Source: Dehalococcoidia bacterium (GTDB lineage Bacteria > Chloroflexota > Dehalococcoidia > UBA2979). Taken from it: DNA of 64,000 bases. The stretch covers positions 3,298 to 67,297 of the forward strand of contig JACKCJ010000013.1 in assembly GCA_020634075.1 (NCBI GenBank). The letters are read 5' to 3'. Below, one piece after another: positions 59,829 through 64,000 of this stretch. The notes under the pieces are model-generated. The model was not told where the DNA came from and did no database searches. It was given only the letters and a program-made list of their open reading frames with translations. Within the stretch, counting starts at the first letter, position 1. Each line of letters opens with the position of its first letter. The translations under genes were made by a program, and so were the position numbers.

Positions 59829-60815
59829 TCATACGGACAGCGCCAATGCGACGCCGACCATCGCGGAGGCGATGCCGACGAGGTACAGCCGCATCACCAC
59901 CTGGGGCTCCGACCAGCCGATCAGCTCGAGGTGGTGATGGAGCGGCGCCTTCCGGAAGAGGCGGCGGCCGCCGGAGGTCTTGAAGTAGGCGACCTGGAGC
60001 ACGTCCGACATCGCCTCCGCGACGAAGACCGCGCCGATCACGGGCAGGAGCAGCCAGTGGCCGGTCATCAGGCCCACCGTCGCCAGGGCGGCTCCCAGCG
60101 GGAGCGCGCCGGTGTCGCCCATGAAGACGGACGCGGGGTGGGCGTTGAACCAGAGGAAGCCGAGCAGGGCGCCGACCACGGTGAAGCAGAACACCGCGAG
60201 GAAGTCCTGGCCCTGCCAGAACGCGATCACGCCGTAGGCGCCGAAGGCGAACGCGGCGAGTCCGCCGAGCAGGCCGTCCAGGCCATCGGTGACGGCGACG
60301 GCCGTGGTGCCGGCGAAGACGACCACGAACGCGATCAGGATGTAGACATAACCGAGGTCGAACTGGCCGGCCCACGGGATGTTGATGCTTTGTGCATCGA
60401 GGCCCCAGTACATCGTCCCGGCCACCACGGCCGCGAGGATCGCGATGAGCACGAACTTCAGCCGCCACGTCAGGCCGCGGTAGGGCCCGCCGACCAGCGA
60501 GCCGAGGTCGTCCCAGTAGCCGACGAGCGTCATCGAGATGACCACGGCGGTGGGGAGGAGCATCGAGCGGCGCTCGAAGACGATGCTCCCGTCGCGCCAC
60601 TCGAACATGTTCGTGAGCAGGGTGACCACGGCGACGGTCGCCCAGATGAAGATGCCGCCCATCGTCGGCGTGCCGGCCTTGATCATGTGGGAGGACGGCT
60701 GGTCCTCCGAGATCGCCTTGCCGACCTTCTTCGAGCGCAGCCACGCCACGGTCGGCTTCCCGAGGGCGAGCGCGAGCAGGAAGGCGCCTCCGCCGGACAG
60801 CAGGGCTTCGATCAT
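59829..60815 (-). CDS. mraY: Phospho-N-acetylmuramoyl-pentapeptide-transferase
   Basis: HMIKAGTPTMGGIF, TDGLDGLLGGLAAF, NAHPASVFMGDTGALPLGA, FRKAPLHHHLELIGWSE. Confidence 0.97.
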   Translation of the reverse strand: MIEALLSGGGAFLLALALGKPTVAWLRSKKVGKAISEDQPSSHMIKAGTPTMGGIFIWATVAVVTLLTNMFEWRDGSIVFERRSMLLPTAVVISMTLVGYWDDLGSLVGGPYRGLTWRLKFVLIAILAAVVAGTMYWGLDAQSINIPWAGQFDLGYVYILIAFVVVFAGTTAVAVTDGLDGLLGGLAAFAFGAYGVIAFWQGQDFLAVFCFTVVGALLGFLWFNAHPASVFMGDTGALPLGAALATVGLMTGHWLLLPVIGAVFVAEAMSDVLQVAYFKTSGGRRLFRKAPLHHHLELIGWSEPQVVMRLYLVGIASAMVGVALALSV

Positions 60816-62251
60816 GACTCGGTCTCCCTCGCGGACTCGCCCCCCGGCGCTGTCGTCGCTGCCTCGGACTCGGCCTCGAACGTCGCGACGACGGACTCCA
60901 GGCCGAGGGCGTGCGAGCCCTTGATGAGCACCGCGTCGCCGGGACGCACGAGGGCGTGCAGGAGCGCCGCGGCCTCCTCGCGGGAGGAGGCGTGATGGAC
61001 CTCGCCGTGGCCGGTCCGCTGCGCGGTCGTGCCGAGGAGTCGCGCGTTGTCGCCCAGCGTCACGAGCGCGTCGAGGACCTCGCCGGCGCGTTCGCCGACG
61101 CGCTCGTGCTCGTACCGGGATGCGTCGCCCAGCTCGAGCATGTCGCCCAGCAGCGCGACGTGGCGCCCCGGCATCTCGTCGAGGAGGTCGAGCGCGGCCA
61201 GCATCGAGGCGGGCTGCGCGTTGTAGGTGTCGTCCACGATGCGTGTGCCGTCCGCGAGGGGGACGACGCGCATCCGGGTGGGCACATCGAGCGCTTCGAT
61301 CGCCTCGGCGACCGCGCGGAGCGACATGCCGTCCGCGAGCCCCGCCGCGGCAGCGGCGAGGACATTCGAGACGAGGTGCGCGCCGGGCAGCCGCACGTGC
61401 AGCCGCCGCGATTCGCCTCGGAACTCCAGCGTGAAGCGGAAGCCCTCGGCGCCCAGCGATTCCACGTCGCTGCCGCGCACATCGGCGCCGGCGCCGAGGC
61501 CGAACCAGACGACCTTCGCCTTCGTGTGGGACGCCATCGCCTTCACGAGCGGGTCGTCGATGTTCAGGACGGCGAAGCCGTCCGCCGGCAGGGCATCGGG
61601 CAGCTCGCGCTTGGCGAGCGCGATCGCTTCGATCGAGCCGGCGCGCTCGAGGTGCGTCGGGCCGACGTTCAGCACGATGCCCGTCCGCGGCTTCGCCCAG
61701 CGGCAGAGCGTGGCGATCTCGCCGCGCGTGTACATGCCCATCTCGATGACGGCGCGCTGCGTGCCGGGCCGCAGCTCGATCAGGCAGAGCGGCACCGAGA
61801 TCTCGTTGTTGTAGTTGAGCGGGTTGGCCTGCACGCGGAATCCGCGGCCGAGCACGGCGGCGGTGATCGCCTTCGTGGTGGTCTTGCCGACCGAGCCGGT
61901 GATGCCCACCACCTCGAGGTCGGGCAGGGCGTCGCGCCACGCGACGCCGAGCGCCTGAAGTGAGGCAAGCGTGTCGTCCACGAGGAACACCGGGACGCCC
62001 TCGACATCGGGCAGATCACGGCTGGCCAGGACGCCGCGAGCCCCGGCGGCGACGGCCGTCGCGGCGTAGTCGTGGCCGTCGACACGCTCGCCCGGCAGGG
62101 CGACGAACAGGTCGCCCGGAGCCGTCTGTCGCGAGTCGATCACGGCGCGCGTGAACTCGTCGTTGTGGACAGTTGAAGGATCCACCGGACGCCTCAACCG
62201 CGGCCCCAGGGCCGCGGTGATGAATTCGACGTCGAAGCGGGGCGCGCTCAT
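60812..62251 (-). CDS. murF: UDP-N-acetylmuramoyl-tripeptide--D-alanyl-D-alanine ligase
   Basis: VVGITGSVGKTTTKAITAAVL, NYNNEISVPLCL, VEMGMYTRGEI, IVDDTYNAQPASMLAALD. Confidence 0.94.
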   Translation of the reverse strand: MSAPRFDVEFITAALGPRLRRPVDPSTVHNDEFTRAVIDSRQTAPGDLFVALPGERVDGHDYAATAVAAGARGVLASRDLPDVEGVPVFLVDDTLASLQALGVAWRDALPDLEVVGITGSVGKTTTKAITAAVLGRGFRVQANPLNYNNEISVPLCLIELRPGTQRAVIEMGMYTRGEIATLCRWAKPRTGIVLNVGPTHLERAGSIEAIALAKRELPDALPADGFAVLNIDDPLVKAMASHTKAKVVWFGLGAGADVRGSDVESLGAEGFRFTLEFRGESRRLHVRLPGAHLVSNVLAAAAAGLADGMSLRAVAEAIEALDVPTRMRVVPLADGTRIVDDTYNAQPASMLAALDLLDEMPGRHVALLGDMLELGDASRYEHERVGERAGEVLDALVTLGDNARLLGTTAQRTGHGEVHHASSREEAAALLHALVRPGDAVLIKGSHALGLESVVATFEAESEAATTAPGGESARETES

Positions 62252-63984
62252 GGTTGCGACACCAGTGGGTCGCTGGGCGGGACGCGCAGGTAGTCCATGA
62301 TCTTCGCGGCGAGGTCAGAGAAGACCGGCGCGGCGACCTGGCCGCCGAGGTTCAACCCGCCGCTGGGCTGGTCGATCTTCACGAGCACGGAGATCTTCGG
62401 GTCGTTGTAGGGGATGAAGCCCGCGAACGATGCGATCGTGGAGTCGATGTCGTAGCCGGTGGGGATGGAGACGAGCGTCGTGCCGGTCTTGCCGGCGACT
62501 TCGTAGCCCGGGACCTGCGCGCCGTGGCCCCACGGCTGGCCCTCGACGACGTCGTGCATGAGGTCGTAGACGGTGCGCGCGGTCTCCTCGGTGACCACGC
62601 GACGCACCTCCACCGGCTCGTACGTGCGGACGTCGGTCGGCGTCACGACCTTGGAGACGATGTACGGGCGCATGAGGACCCCGCCGTTGGCGAACGTGTT
62701 CACCGCGGTCAGCATCTGCAGCGGCGTGACCGCGAGGCCCTGGCCGTAGGAGTTCGTCGCGAGGTCGACCGGGTACCAGTCCGGGCTCGCCGGGGTCCGG
62801 TACGTGCCTTCGCCCTCGCCGGACAGGCCGACGTGCGTCTGCTCGCCCAGGCCGAACTTCGCGAGGTACTTGTAGAAGTCGTCGGGGCCCACCATGTCCG
62901 CGAGCCACACCGAGCCGGTGTTCAGCGACGCCTGGAGGTACTCGCGGACGGTCGTGAGGCCGTGCGCGCTGAGGTCCCAGTTGCGGATCGTGTAACCGCC
63001 GTACTCGACGGCGCCGGTGTCGTCGTACGTGCTCTCCGGACCGACGAGCCCGAGGTCGATCGCGGTGGCCGTCGTGAGCGTCTTCAGGACGGAGCCCGGC
63101 TCGTAGAGGTCGGTCACCGCGTGGTTCTTCACCAGTTGGTCGAGGTTGGGGTCGTTGAGGTCGACGTGGTCGAGATCGACCGACGGGCTCGACGCCATCG
63201 CGAGGACCTCGCCGGTGTGCGGGTCCATGACGATGATCGAGCCGGACCGCGCGTTGTACTTCTCCAGCGCGGTCTTGAGCGCGTCCTCGACGATCGCCTG
63301 GATGAAGCGGTCGATGGTGAGCTGCACCTCGCCGCCGCTGATCGGCTCCTTGTAGTTCTGGCGGCTGAACGCGATCGGCCGGCCGAGGGCGTCCCGCTCC
63401 ATCGTCGTCCAGCCATCGTGGCCCTCGAGCGTGGAGTCGAAGTCGGACTCGATGCCCCACAGCCCCACGCCGTCGCGGCCCACGTAGCCGACGAGCGAGC
63501 CCGCGAGGTCGCCCTCCGGGTAGATGCGCTTCGAGGACGGCAGCAGGCGGACGCCCCAGAGGTCGAGGTCGTCCAGCACGAGGCCGCGCTCGTAGTCGAG
63601 CTGCCGGACGACGAGCGAGTCGCCGGTGTCGTACTCGGTGCCCGCGTCGAAGAGGTCGCCCGGGCTCATGCCGAGGAAGTCCGCGAGGCCGCTGGCGGAG
63701 CGGAGCGCCTTCTCACGGTCACGCCACAGGAAGCGGTCGATGTAGACATCCCACGTGTCCACCGAGGTGGCGAGCGGGTAGCCGGTCTTGTCGAGGATCG
63801 CGCCGCGCGGGGCCGGCAGTGTCGCCGCGCCCTGGCGGGTGGCGGCCGCCTGCTCCAGGTAGCCCTCGTGGTTGAGGATCTGCACCTGGTAGAGCCGCAC
63901 CATGACCGCGAGGATCGAGAGCAGCACGAGGCCGGCGAGCGTCCAGTGACGCCACGTGAGCTGATCCGTGCGCTTGCTCGTCAC
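62248..63984 (-). CDS. ftsI: Penicillin-binding protein, FtsI/PBP2-like transpeptidase
   Basis: APRGAILDKTGYPLA, YEPGSVLKTLT (SxxK), ASLNTG (SxN), VAGKTGTT (KTG). Confidence 0.93.
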   Translation of the reverse strand: MTSKRTDQLTWRHWTLAGLVLLSILAVMVRLYQVQILNHEGYLEQAAATRQGAATLPAPRGAILDKTGYPLATSVDTWDVYIDRFLWRDREKALRSASGLADFLGMSPGDLFDAGTEYDTGDSLVVRQLDYERGLVLDDLDLWGVRLLPSSKRIYPEGDLAGSLVGYVGRDGVGLWGIESDFDSTLEGHDGWTTMERDALGRPIAFSRQNYKEPISGGEVQLTIDRFIQAIVEDALKTALEKYNARSGSIIVMDPHTGEVLAMASSPSVDLDHVDLNDPNLDQLVKNHAVTDLYEPGSVLKTLTTATAIDLGLVGPESTYDDTGAVEYGGYTIRNWDLSAHGLTTVREYLQASLNTGSVWLADMVGPDDFYKYLAKFGLGEQTHVGLSGEGEGTYRTPASPDWYPVDLATNSYGQGLAVTPLQMLTAVNTFANGGVLMRPYIVSKVVTPTDVRTYEPVEVRRVVTEETARTVYDLMHDVVEGQPWGHGAQVPGYEVAGKTGTTLVSIPTGYDIDSTIASFAGFIPYNDPKISVLVKIDQPSGGLNLGGQVAAPVFSDLAAKIMDYLRVPPSDPLVSQP

Positions 63985-64000
63985 GTCCGGCCCTCACCCC

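Noticed and set aside
59829-61940. 703-aa minus ORF overlapping mraY and murF
   Set aside because: N-terminal part is a shifted-frame read of murF; only the mraY portion (59829..60815) is real

Overview
High-GC bacterial chromosomal window, probably Chloroflexota (inferred from gene content). The right-hand third is a minus-strand dcw cell-division/peptidoglycan cluster running ftsI-murF-mraY-murD-ftsW-murG-murC-ddl-ftsQ-ftsA-ftsZ, followed by nrdR and a B12-dependent nrdJ. Upstream are recX-recA, RNase Y, proC/yggT/yggS, a tRNA-Asp(GTC), an aa3-like A2-type cytochrome c oxidase operon, a PAS/GAF histidine kinase with its response regulator, several MFS transporters, and one VapBC-like toxin-antitoxin pair. 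I see no CRISPR array, prophage, transposon or recognisable defence island. The most interesting items are: (1) ftsZ carries an in-frame N-terminal extension of about 224 aa plus an internal ATG with its own strong Shine-Dalgarno; (2) an AraC / VOC / truncated UvrA2-like cassette resembling a DNA-damaging-drug resistance operon; (3) a perfect 32-bp palindrome ending on the antitoxin start codon; (4) a textbook GAAC-N4-GTTC SOS box exactly filling the recA promoter spacer; (5) a sortase-like lipoprotein and a (SPTP)n stalk protein encoded by a 24-bp minisatellite, convergent with a metzincin-like protease. Long overlapping ORFs on the opposite strand are treated as GC-driven shadows. All assignments come from reading motifs and translations only; no searches were run.
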